From Nanohaloarchaea archaeon B1-Br10_U2g21 (GTDB lineage Archaea; Nanohalarchaeota; Nanosalinia; Nanosalinales; Nanosalinaceae), in NCBI GenBank assembly GCA_001563915.1, contig LKMP01000003.1, positions 1 through 64,000 on the forward strand: DNA of 64,000 nucleotides, read 5' to 3'. Within the stretch, counting starts at the first letter, position 1. Every line of letters begins with the position of its first letter. A model generated the notes under the pieces. It saw nothing but the letters and a program-made list of their open reading frames with translations. It searched no databases and had not been told where the DNA came from. Positions 38,650 to 47,920 of this stretch are shown here, one piece after another. Made by a program: the position numbers and the translations under genes.

Positions 38650-39159
38650 ATGCTAAGGCTAAATAACATAATACATATCATAAGCAAGCTTTTGACAGCT
38701 AAAGGAGGATTATCTGCATTAACATCGGCTATAACCGCCTATATTTTCCTAAGTTTAATTAATAATGCTTCATTAATTACAACACACATAATATCCTTCA
38801 ATTTTTCTTTCCTATCTTCAATAATCCCTCCATTAGTGACTAGCTACCCTGGAACAGTACATAATTCAACTTTAGCTATAACAATACTCACATCCATGAT
38901 GATAGGTCTTAATGTAGGGTTATTAGTTGAAACTCTGTCTTTCGAAGGATTAATGGCTACCCCCGGAACAGTGCTTGGATTAACAGTTTCAGGTTGTGCT
39001 GCATGCACTACAGGAGTTATGACTCTAGCCGGTATATCCATAGGTGTATCTTTTCTCCCTTTTCAAGGCCTAGAAATAAGCATAATAGGTCTAGCTTTAC
39101 TTAGCATCTCAGCACTATATATCTCCGAGAAAGACAGAAAAAAAGTCTGTAACGTCTAA
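38650..39159 (+). CDS. polytopic membrane protein with intramembrane Cys-x-x-Cys (GCAAC), 9 nt downstream of the DsbA-like gene
   Basis: 169-aa uninterrupted ORF in an AT-rich, stop-prone genome. About five hydrophobic helices. SGCAACTTG motif. Same strand and tight spacing with the upstream gene. Confidence 0.45.
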   Translation: MLRLNNIIHIISKLLTAKGGLSALTSAITAYIFLSLINNASLITTHIISFNFSFLSSIIPPLVTSYPGTVHNSTLAITILTSMMIGLNVGLLVETLSFEGLMATPGTVLGLTVSGCAACTTGVMTLAGISIGVSFLPFQGLEISIIGLALLSISALYISEKDRKKVCNV

Positions 39160-40040
39160 GACTTTGTAGTCACAATATTTTTACCGTCATCAACCCCTAC
39201 TAAAACTGTATGTTCAGACTGAACCACTATTCCTCCTTCTACCTCCTTCAGAACTGGATAATGTTTGACTGCGTTAGCGGAAACCAGTTTTTTTAGCGCT
39301 AATTGCTCTCTAGGACTCATATTTAACCAACGTGAGCTGAAAGGAAGTCCTTGAAAGCCACCTATTTTTTTGAGTACTTGTCGCTCGGTTCTACCTCTGA
39401 CTTTGCCTTCTTTACGTATGTAAATATTTCCTTTCTTGCCGTTCTTGATTTTACCGCTTCCTGTAGTCAAAAATGGTTCTACCGCAAATGCATCTCCCTC
39501 CTGAATGACGTGAGTATTTGCATTAGCTATGTTTGGTATTGAGACTCCAGCATGCTGAGCATATCTATCAATATAGTGTCCTGTCAAGTTCCTGACTACG
39601 TTATATTTTTGCGGAACTTGATTCTCAATAAAGGTTCCGAGCTCCCCAATAGTAATTCCTGGCTCTATAAAATTTAGAGCCTTTTCTAGTACTTCATCCA
39701 CAGCTTTAATCATTTCTTTATGTTCTCCAGAGTTATTAACTGTTAAAGCTGTATCAGCAATATATCCATCTTTATGTGCGCCTATATCAATTTTTAACAC
39801 ATCTGTATCATTCAAAACTCGTTTCTCATTAACTCCCGGAGAATAATGAGCAGCTTCGTCATTTATAGAAAGATTTACAGGAAATGCTGGCTCTAAACCC
39901 TCATTATGAATTAAATCTTCTATATTTTCTGCTATATCGCCAAGATTTTCTCCAGGTTCAGCGATTTCTCTAGCTTTTTTTCTAGCCTCCTGAACTACAA
40001 GGCCTGCGTCAATATACTTCTGTTTTACTTCTTCTTCCAT
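39156..40040 (-). CDS. map: methionine aminopeptidase, type 2 (archaeal)
   Basis: Pita-bread metal ligands in context (…DIGAHKDGYIADTA…HYSPG…), 294 aa, archaeal MetAP2 length. Confidence 0.9.
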   Translation of the reverse strand: MEEEVKQKYIDAGLVVQEARKKAREIAEPGENLGDIAENIEDLIHNEGLEPAFPVNLSINDEAAHYSPGVNEKRVLNDTDVLKIDIGAHKDGYIADTALTVNNSGEHKEMIKAVDEVLEKALNFIEPGITIGELGTFIENQVPQKYNVVRNLTGHYIDRYAQHAGVSIPNIANANTHVIQEGDAFAVEPFLTTGSGKIKNGKKGNIYIRKEGKVRGRTERQVLKKIGGFQGLPFSSRWLNMSPREQLALKKLVSANAVKHYPVLKEVEGGIVVQSEHTVLVGVDDGKNIVTTKS

Positions 40041-40073
40041 GAAACTAGAGCAGTCACAAACAGGTAAAAAACC

Positions 40074-41231
40074 TTATTCCTGAGCAACTCCTGTTTCCCT
40101 CGCAGCTTCTGACACGCGCCCAGCAATTTCTCTAGCAAGCTCTTTATCCAATGTCTGAGGCACTATAGCGTTTTTTTCAGGTTCTATAAAATCAGATATG
40201 GCTTCTGAAGCCGCAATCTTCATTGATTCGTTAATTTCTAAAGCTTTAACATCTAAGGCGCCTCTAAAAATCCCTGGAAATGCAAGCGAGTTATTAACCT
40301 GATTGTTAAAGTCAGATCTGCCAGTGGCTGTTATAGCCGCCCCCGCTTTTTTAGCATTTTTCGGCAAAATTTCCGGATCGGGATTTGCTAATGCAAAAAC
40401 AATTGGGTCTTCGGCCATAGACTTCACCATCTCTTCTGAAATCAGACCTGCCACTGAAAGACCTATAACTGCATCTGCACCTTCGATTGCTTCCGTAAGA
40501 CCTCCTTGTTCTTCTGAAGCAAGCGTTTTTTCAGCTAGCTTTGATTTATAGATATTCTCATCTTCAGTCTTTATTACTCCTTTTGAATCGACAGGCAAAA
40601 TGTTTTCAGCTCCTGCTTCCAATAAGAAATTGCTGACTGCAATACCTGCTGCTCCTGCACCTACTATAACAATTTTAGAATCCTTTAAACTCTTTTCTAC
40701 AAGTTTTAAAGCATTTTTTAGAGCTGCAAGCACCACTATGGCTGTACCGTGCTGATCATCATGGAAAACGGGTATATCCAGTCTTTCTTTCAAAGCCTCT
40801 TCGACACGAAAACACTCTGGTGCCGAAATATCCTCCAGATTTATGGCTCCAAATGTAGGAGCAACATTTTCCACTGTTTCAATTATATCTTCAGCCCCAT
40901 CTGCATCTATAACTAAAGGAAATCCATCTACATCTCCAAATTTTTTCAGCAAATTAGCTTTTCCTTCCATTACAGGCATTGATGCCTCTGCGCCTATGTC
41001 ACCAAGACCCAGTACCGCACTCCCATCGCTTACAACCGCCACCAAATTACCTTTAGAAGTATACTGATAGGCTTTCCTACTATCCTCATCTATTTCCTTA
41101 CATGGTTCTGCTACTCCAGGAGTATATACTAATCCTAATGCTTCAGAATCATTTATTTCAACTGATGTCTCTACGCTGATTTTTCCAGGGTTTTCTCTAT
41201 GAAGTTCCAGTGCTTCTTCTCGGTTGGACAT
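40074..41231 (-). CDS. NAD(P)-dependent malic enzyme (short form)
   Basis: LVYTPGVAEPC, HDDQHGTAIVVLAAL and Rossmann GAGAAGIAV motifs. Confidence 0.9.
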   Translation of the reverse strand: MSNREEALELHRENPGKISVETSVEINDSEALGLVYTPGVAEPCKEIDEDSRKAYQYTSKGNLVAVVSDGSAVLGLGDIGAEASMPVMEGKANLLKKFGDVDGFPLVIDADGAEDIIETVENVAPTFGAINLEDISAPECFRVEEALKERLDIPVFHDDQHGTAIVVLAALKNALKLVEKSLKDSKIVIVGAGAAGIAVSNFLLEAGAENILPVDSKGVIKTEDENIYKSKLAEKTLASEEQGGLTEAIEGADAVIGLSVAGLISEEMVKSMAEDPIVFALANPDPEILPKNAKKAGAAITATGRSDFNNQVNNSLAFPGIFRGALDVKALEINESMKIAASEAISDFIEPEKNAIVPQTLDKELAREIAGRVSEAARETGVAQE

Positions 41232-41575
41232 AATGTAAATTTATTTAGATGCCAGTAATCTAAACCTTTCGTTTTTACCTTATTCGGACATTCGGACAGA
41301 CCCAAGTTGGTTTATTAGGGCCTGACTTCGAATTTTAAGTCACGGAGATAAATTATGTGCAACGCCGACGAATTCCGAGATCCCAACTTCATGCCAACCC
41401 ATGTAAATCTTGAGGAAGTACATAGAACAGGGATATTATGTAAGCTAAAGCGTTTTCGCAAAAGTTAGGACATACATGCTTGTGAAAGAAAACTGTATAT
41501 TTTCTTAAACCACATAGGTTGCCCAGAGTGTAGGAATTCTAATACTGTTTTGCGAGAAATACTGTTTCAGGGGTT

Positions 41576-42343
41576 ATGGGGAAGAATAATAGTGGGAGAA
41601 ATAAAGATCAAATTCGAGAGGATGAAACTCTTGAAAGACAGATCAATGATTCGTCAGCCAATTTAGCTGAAAAAGACCGTATTCAGCGAGGTAAAATAAA
41701 TTATTATAGAGAAAATAGATCCGAACTAATTAGACATATTTCTAAGAGGATAGGTAGATCAAAAGCGCCTGCTATCTCAGGCCTAATTGCCATTTTGCCA
41801 GTTTTTACGGTAGGTCTTGTTATAGTCTGGCTTTTTAACCATATCAATAATATGCCTGGAAGCGAGTTTCTTAATTTTACAGGTTTTTATGTTATAGATC
41901 AGACCATAAAGCTGGGAATGCTTCTGATTTTTTCTGCAGCTCTTGTTACTAGCATAGGGAGATTTGTTAGGACGCCTTATGGTTTTAGAGCTGAAAAAGT
42001 TGTGGATAACTCTTTTGATCATATTCCTTTTCTTGGCGCAATCTACAGCCTAGTAAAGGTCACCACTGAAACTGTTTTGACAGGCGCAGAAGATCTCAGC
42101 GAACCAGTAAAAGTAGAGTTTGATGGGTTGCGACTTACTGCTTTCAAGACCGGCAACATTTCAAAGGACGGAAGACCAATAATTTTTCTTCCTACAGCCC
42201 CTAATATCACTACAGGACTTGTCATCGAAATAGATCCTGAAAAAATTGTTGAAACTGGCGAAAGTGCAGAAGAGGCTCTTACAAGAACTCTAAGTGCGGG
42301 TTTCGGGCAGAAAAAACAGGATAATGTAAAAAAGACTGTTTAA
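41576..42343 (+). CDS. DUF502-family membrane protein
   Basis: Two TM helices followed by IIFLPTAPNITTGLVIEI, resembling the DUF502 PTxPNPTSG signature. Confidence 0.55.
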   Translation: MGKNNSGRNKDQIREDETLERQINDSSANLAEKDRIQRGKINYYRENRSELIRHISKRIGRSKAPAISGLIAILPVFTVGLVIVWLFNHINNMPGSEFLNFTGFYVIDQTIKLGMLLIFSAALVTSIGRFVRTPYGFRAEKVVDNSFDHIPFLGAIYSLVKVTTETVLTGAEDLSEPVKVEFDGLRLTAFKTGNISKDGRPIIFLPTAPNITTGLVIEIDPEKIVETGESAEEALTRTLSAGFGQKKQDNVKKTV

Positions 42344-42455
42344 ACTTTCAAAAAAGAATATTATAGTGTTAAACACTAGCTTTTCTATAATATATGGCTA
42401 GAGAACAGCTAAACTATTAACTAATAGACTAAAACAAGTGATTAAGTGAACAGTA

Positions 42456-42959
42456 TTGGCACAGCACCACCATGAACAATTAGAGCTCATAAACAAAACA
42501 CCGCTAGATTTTGAAGCATATAGACTCTTAAAATCAGCCACAAATCCTAACTACGAAGTTATGCAGAAAGAAGCAGGCGAAGAAATCATTTTTGAGCCCT
42601 TTATAGTTGAAAAATACATTGATGATATTAGGCCTCATTTTAACTCCAACTTATTTGGTGGAATTACGGTAGATCCAGAAAGCATAGCCACAATCTACTC
42701 AGAAGAAATAAGGGACAAAAAAGATTTTTACGGCGACTTCAATCCAGAACATACTGTATCCTACAACTTTGGATCTGCAATAGGCAATCTATCTAACGAG
42801 AAAACAGAAAATTCTCCAGGATCTCCAGATATAGAGCGCAATATTGATGACATAATGGAAAACTATTCGGAGTTCTTTTATGAAGACCCAAAAACAATGA
42901 CAATGAAAAAGGGAGCCTATGATTGGCTAATTTACATAGAAGACCAATGGCCATTCTGA
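42456..42959 (+). CDS. hypothetical protein (167 aa)
   Basis: ORF only. Confidence 0.4.
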   Translation: MAQHHHEQLELINKTPLDFEAYRLLKSATNPNYEVMQKEAGEEIIFEPFIVEKYIDDIRPHFNSNLFGGITVDPESIATIYSEEIRDKKDFYGDFNPEHTVSYNFGSAIGNLSNEKTENSPGSPDIERNIDDIMENYSEFFYEDPKTMTMKKGAYDWLIYIEDQWPF

Positions 42960-42964
42960 CTAGA

Positions 42965-43504
42965 CTATTCATCCAGATATTCATCTTCACTATACGCGGC
43001 AAAAAGGCCTGTGGCCATGTTCATTGAAGCATCGGTATTCTTAGCTTGAAGCTGTTCTCCGATATCTACTAAGACATTTAGGCCAAATCTTCCCTCGTAA
43101 CTTGAGACCTGTGAACCATCTAAAACTTCCATACACACCTCATCCATCCCTAAATCCGCTAGCCCCGCTACTACTTCATCAACACCCTTTCTTATACCAC
43201 GGCCCACATTATAGGCATGTAATACAGCACCATCTGGATTGCATCGTAGGCTTGACTCATCTTCATACACCGATTCAATTAGCGGTGAATCTCCAATACT
43301 AAATTTTATCACGGGGCCACCTGTACTCGAAAAATTTCCTTCAGGATCTAATTTTATACTTTCAACAGCCAAATCAGAGTACTCTGCCTCTATATTCTCA
43401 CTTCTAAACTTTTGAAGCCTATCAACCATTACTTCTACAGAATCAGCTTCTTCTAGCTCCTCAATACTCTTATTACGCCAGTACTCAAAATCTGCGTCAT
43501 GCAT
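42965..43504 (-). CDS. hypothetical protein (179 aa)
   Basis: ORF only. No motif recognised. Confidence 0.4.
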   Translation of the reverse strand: MHDADFEYWRNKSIEELEEADSVEVMVDRLQKFRSENIEAEYSDLAVESIKLDPEGNFSSTGGPVIKFSIGDSPLIESVYEDESSLRCNPDGAVLHAYNVGRGIRKGVDEVVAGLADLGMDEVCMEVLDGSQVSSYEGRFGLNVLVDIGEQLQAKNTDASMNMATGLFAAYSEDEYLDE

Positions 43505-43793
43505 GGTTACTATTTCGCAATAAGTAATATAACACAGTTTTTAACATTTCCGGAAGCTGAAAGTTTAAAGAAATAAATTTAGTAGTCTATCTACCCTACA
43601 GATAACTCAAAATAATATCTAAATTAATAACTTCCTAAACGATAATCCTAATATCTCCTTCAATTTTTGATCACCGCACTAAAATGGAGGATAAAAGAAC
43701 TCTAGCTGCCCAAAACACAGTTATTTCTTTAAATTTACTAATACTGAACCTCATAAAACAAATTTTTATCCTTCAGAAAACCAGAATTATTTC

Positions 43794-44156
43794 ATGAATG
43801 ACTTGAATAAAGCAGAGAAAAAAGTTATAGATAGATGCGGAACAGAACCCAGATTCTCATCAGAATTGCTGTGTGAAGAAAGAAAAGGAACATTCAATTG
43901 CAAAAAATGCGGACAGCCCTTATTTTCTTCAGAGCATAAATTTGAATCAGGTAGCGGATGGCCTAGCTTCTATGACATAATAGAATCAAAAAAAGTAGGG
44001 CAAAGAGAGGATAACTCGCACGGAATGATTAGAACAGAAGTATTCTGCACAGGATGCAAAGCACATTTAGGCCACTTATTCAAAGATGGTCCTCAAGATG
44101 AGACAGGACTGAGATACTGTATCAACGGAATTGCTTTAACGTTTGAAAAAGATTAA
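43794..44156 (+). CDS. msrB: peptide-methionine (R)-S-oxide reductase MsrB
   Basis: SelR fold with two CxxC pairs (CKKCGQPL…CTGCKAHLGHLF) and the catalytic RYCINGIAL motif. Confidence 0.9.
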   Translation: MNDLNKAEKKVIDRCGTEPRFSSELLCEERKGTFNCKKCGQPLFSSEHKFESGSGWPSFYDIIESKKVGQREDNSHGMIRTEVFCTGCKAHLGHLFKDGPQDETGLRYCINGIALTFEKD

Positions 44157-44162
44157 GCAAAT

Positions 44163-44765
44163 ATGGCCAAAAATGTTGCAGCTTTTTACTCAAACCGGTC
44201 AGAAAAATTTGCTGATAAGCACTCTATAGATAACGTACCTGAAAGCTATGTTAAATTACTTTCAGAATTTTCCGACTTAGTGAAAACAGGAAAAGTCCTA
44301 GATGCTGGCTGTGGCCCGGGCAGAGATGTGCGTTATTTTGCCAAGAAGAATCTGGATGTTATAGGCATTGATGCTTCTGAAAAAATGATCAAAGAGGCAA
44401 GAAAACGAGGCGATGAAAAATACCAAGTTATGAATGTTGAAGAACTTGATTTTGATAATCAAAAATTCGATGGAGTTTGGTGCAATACTGTGCTCATCTT
44501 CTTCAAAAACAAAAAGAGGGAAAAAATCTTAAACGAACTTAGAAGAGTATTGAAGCCCGGAGGCATGATTCATTTGGGTTTGAAGGAAGGATCAGGGACA
44601 TTTCTTAGAGAGATAAATAACGAATCTATTACACAATATTTATTATCACAAGCCGAAGCAAGAAAATTTCTAGAGGACAATGAGTTCGAAATATTGGAAA
44701 TATATGTCAATGAGACTAATCAAGATTTTAATTTCCTTAACATCTTTGCGAGAAAGATCGAATGA
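44163..44765 (+). CDS. class I SAM-dependent methyltransferase
   Basis: Motif I VLDAGCGPGRD and motif post-I LDVIGIDASEKMI. Confidence 0.8.
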   Translation: MAKNVAAFYSNRSEKFADKHSIDNVPESYVKLLSEFSDLVKTGKVLDAGCGPGRDVRYFAKKNLDVIGIDASEKMIKEARKRGDEKYQVMNVEELDFDNQKFDGVWCNTVLIFFKNKKREKILNELRRVLKPGGMIHLGLKEGSGTFLREINNESITQYLLSQAEARKFLEDNEFEILEIYVNETNQDFNFLNIFARKIE

Positions 44766-45292
44766 CTAAAATTGTTCTAGGAGGAGGATGCTTCTGGTGT
44801 ATCGAAGCAGCATATAGAGAAGTAGAAGGAGTCGATAAAGCAACTTCAGGTTATTCAGGAGGTCATGTAGAAAATCCGGCTTACCAAGAAGTATGTATGG
44901 GTAAAACAGATCATGCAGAAGTCGTAAAACTAAAATACAAGCCAGAAATCATAGATCTTGAAAACCTGCTGGAAATATTTTTCAAGATCCATAACCCCAT
45001 GACCAAAGACCGTGAAGGCCCTGACATAGGACGACAGTATCGCTCGATAATATTTTACCAAAATCAAATTCAAAAACAAGAAATACAGTCTTTTATCCAG
45101 AATAAACAAGATAATTATAAACAAGAAATAGTCACAGAAGTCAAAAAGCTGAAAAAATTCTATCCTGCTGAGGAAAAGCACCAAAATTACTTCGAGAAGA
45201 ATCCTGACGATGCTTACTGCAAGATGTACGCAAGACCTAAAATTAAGAAAGCCAAAAGAACAGCAGATAAAAACAAAAACAATAGCTTCTAA
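44762..45292 (+). CDS. msrA: peptide-methionine (S)-S-oxide reductase MsrA
   Basis: Active-site GGGCFWC motif (LGGGCFWCIEAAY). Confidence 0.9.
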   Translation: MTKIVLGGGCFWCIEAAYREVEGVDKATSGYSGGHVENPAYQEVCMGKTDHAEVVKLKYKPEIIDLENLLEIFFKIHNPMTKDREGPDIGRQYRSIIFYQNQIQKQEIQSFIQNKQDNYKQEIVTEVKKLKKFYPAEEKHQNYFEKNPDDAYCKMYARPKIKKAKRTADKNKNNSF

Positions 45293-45417
45293 AAATATGC
45301 TGGAACTAATAAATCACGATATCAAAGTCCTGGCAAAGGAGAGTCTATACAATTTTTAGTAAGATACGAGATTTCTCTCGGATATATTCAAAATATGGTC
45401 CACAAGCTCAACCTCTT

Positions 45418-47454
45418 CTAAATAGATGTATTTATTTGAATATCTGCTGCGTAGGCTTTATCCTTCTTCAGTATAAGCGGATTTATATCGATTTCTTGAA
45501 TTTCTTCATGGTTCAAAGCTAGTTCGCCAAGTCTAATGACTGCATCCTTCACGGCTTCGAGCGAATATTCTTTTCCTCTTGATCCTTCAAATAGTTCAGA
45601 GCTTTGTAGTTCACGAATCATTTGTTCTGCTTCTTGTTCGGAAATCGGCGCTATTCCAAAACTTATGTCATGTAAGGCTTCAATATAGATGCCTCCAAGA
45701 CCCACCATTATCATAGGTCCAAATTGTGGGTCGCGTTTCATACCTAATGCTATTTCTAGACCTTCTAGTTGCTCTTGTACCATTACTCCATTAATTTGGC
45801 TGCCGGGCTTCTCATGATGTACGTTGTCGACTATCCGTTTGAATACATCATTCACTTTTTGCCGTGACTCAACCCCAGTTTTAATCCCGTCTATATCCGT
45901 TTTATGCGCAATATCCGGAGAATTAATTTTCATCACTACAGGGTATCCTATGTCAACTGCTGCTTCTTCAGCAGAGTGAGGAGTCTCAGCATTCTTACTC
46001 ATCGGTAAATTGAAATTATAAGCCTTCAGTAGCTTGTGCCCATCCATATACCCATTGTATTCTTTCAAAGCATTCTCAGCTTCCTTTTGGTCACATTCTA
46101 CGTCGCTATAGTTTCTGTCTGTTTCAAGGAATTTTCGATAGTTATTCATCGCCTTAAAGGATTTTACCGCATCTACAGGGTCTTGAAACTCCGGGATATT
46201 ATTCTCTTCTAGTATTTCTACTCCTTTTTTGATGTCCTGTTCACCGAGGAAACATGCGAAAACCGGTTTTTCAGTCTGTTTTTCGGCCTTGACAATTGTT
46301 TTTGCTGTTTTCTCTATCTCAGTGTTTGCTTGTGGAGTGAGCAACACCATTACGCCATCCACATTCTTATCTTTCAGAACTGCTTCTAAGGCCTTTTTGT
46401 ATCTATTATGGCCTGCATCACCTATTACGTCAAGAGGATTTCTTATAGTTGATTCTGAAGGCATGAATTCATGGAGTTTCATCTTTGTGTCTGTAGAGAA
46501 TTCTGCTAACTCAAGACCATGCTGATCTATTTCATCAGTTGCTATGACGCCTGGACCTCCAGCATTTGTTATTATCGCTATTTTATCTCCTTCTGTCACT
46601 GGTTGATACGCGAAGGCTCTACCATATTCCAACAGTTCTCTATTAGATTCCGCCTCTATTATCCCTGATTTCCTAAATGCTGCTTGGTAAGCCTGGTAAG
46701 ATCCTGCGATGCTGCCTGTATGCGATGCTGCCGCCTCTCCGCCTTTACTTGTTCTTCCTGACTTTACCATAACTACTGGCTTTTTCCGAGAAGTTTTTTC
46801 TGCTTCTTTCATAAATTCTCTGCCATTTTCTATCCCTTCTGTATATGATAAAATAGCGTCTGTCTCATCACTTCTCCATTTTTTCAACAAGTCTATTTCG
46901 TTTAGCATAGATTTATTGCCTAAAGATACAAAGTGTCGGAACCCTATATGCTCTGCTTTGGCATAATCTAGTATTGCAGTACAAAAAGCTCCACTTTGAG
47001 ACATAAAGGAAATATTTCCTGTTTCTGGCATTTTTGAAGCAAAGCTAGCATTCATAGCATTTTCTGTGTTTATTAGACCTAACACATTTGGTCCTAGAAG
47101 CTCTATATTATTTTCTTCTGCTATCTGTATTATCTGTTGTTCTAAATTAGTTTCTCCTGTTTCTGAGAATCCTGCTGTGACTATTATTACTGCCTCAACG
47201 TTTTTCTCAGCCGCATCTTTCATTACTGTTGGCGTTATCTGAGCTGGCACAGATATAACAGCTAAATCCGTGCCTTCAGGTATCTCATCTAAAGCTTTCT
47301 CTCCTTCTACTTCGACAGCATTAGGATTTACTGGTACTACTTCGCCTTTGAAGTCATGATGAAGATTATCAAATATTTCGTGGCCTGTCTTTCCCTCATG
47401 GCGTGAAGCACCAACAACTGCCACCTTTTCAGGATTGAAAAGTTTTTCCAGCAT
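45418..47454 (-). CDS. acd: acetyl-CoA synthetase (ADP-forming), fused alpha-beta form
   Basis: N-terminal CoA-binding domain (KVAVVGASRHEGKTGHEIF), succinyl-CoA-synthetase-like flavodoxin domain, C-terminal ATP-grasp domain. 678 aa. Confidence 0.9.
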   Translation of the reverse strand: MLEKLFNPEKVAVVGASRHEGKTGHEIFDNLHHDFKGEVVPVNPNAVEVEGEKALDEIPEGTDLAVISVPAQITPTVMKDAAEKNVEAVIIVTAGFSETGETNLEQQIIQIAEENNIELLGPNVLGLINTENAMNASFASKMPETGNISFMSQSGAFCTAILDYAKAEHIGFRHFVSLGNKSMLNEIDLLKKWRSDETDAILSYTEGIENGREFMKEAEKTSRKKPVVMVKSGRTSKGGEAAASHTGSIAGSYQAYQAAFRKSGIIEAESNRELLEYGRAFAYQPVTEGDKIAIITNAGGPGVIATDEIDQHGLELAEFSTDTKMKLHEFMPSESTIRNPLDVIGDAGHNRYKKALEAVLKDKNVDGVMVLLTPQANTEIEKTAKTIVKAEKQTEKPVFACFLGEQDIKKGVEILEENNIPEFQDPVDAVKSFKAMNNYRKFLETDRNYSDVECDQKEAENALKEYNGYMDGHKLLKAYNFNLPMSKNAETPHSAEEAAVDIGYPVVMKINSPDIAHKTDIDGIKTGVESRQKVNDVFKRIVDNVHHEKPGSQINGVMVQEQLEGLEIALGMKRDPQFGPMIMVGLGGIYIEALHDISFGIAPISEQEAEQMIRELQSSELFEGSRGKEYSLEAVKDAVIRLGELALNHEEIQEIDINPLILKKDKAYAADIQINTSI

Positions 47455-47518
47455 AATAGAATGTGGGTCTTGCCAGAATTAATAGGTTAGTGGATTTACG
47501 CAGCAGTAGCAATCTCTA

Positions 47519-47850
47519 ATCTTTCTTGATATGCGATAAAATCAATTTGTCTATTTCCGCTCTTGATTCGAAGTTATTGCTTGCTAGATTAGTAATCCAT
47601 AGATAGCCAAAATTTATTTTTTCCAGCATTAACACTTTTTCTCCTAGTTGTTTGCTAGGCACGGATTTAGCTTTGTCCCCTGATAAATAGTTTATCCGCC
47701 TGCATGCTCTATAATCTCCGCCTATTGTATACCAATCTTTCTCAATACTTGTTCGGCATCCCTCAATATAGATTCATCTACTCTCCCTAATTCTAAATCA
47801 AATTTTGCTTTTAACTCAGGACCCGTTCCAAAAAGTTCTATTAAATTATG
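47519..47850 (-). pseudogene. possible frameshifted/degraded gene remnant in the acd-pdhA divergent intergenic region
   Basis: Minus-strand frame A reads …ELFGTGPELKAKFDLELGRVDESILRDAEQVLRKIGIQ*. A -1 shifted frame continues …EKDWYTIGGDYRACRRINYLSGDKAKSVPSKQLGEKVLMLEKINFGYLWITNLASNNFESRAEIDKLILSHIKKD*. Neither frame has a credible start codon. Confidence 0.25.
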
Positions 47851-47884
47851 GTGTTAAATTAGTTCACCAAAGAGTTACAAACCA

Positions 47885-47897
47885 TTTTTTATATACC
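47885..47897 (+). promoter_or_regulatory. TATA box (ttttttatatacc) about 25-30 nt upstream of the pdhA ATG, implying a leaderless or near-leaderless mRNA
   Basis: Read directly from the sequence. No SD lies between this box and the ATG at 47921. Confidence 0.4.
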
Positions 47898-47920
47898 GTG
47901 AGAGGCCTTTTCTCAATATA

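Noticed and set aside
38844-39041. 65-aa minus-strand ORF inside the CAAC membrane-protein ORF
   Set aside because: Shorter than the sense ORF and overlaps it. The sense ORF is tightly operon-linked to the DsbA-like gene.
41232-41575. 344-bp intergenic region upstream of the DUF502 gene, checked for tRNA or small ORFs
   Set aside because: Only a short Cys-containing 36-codon ORF without SD. No tRNA-like structure found by eye.
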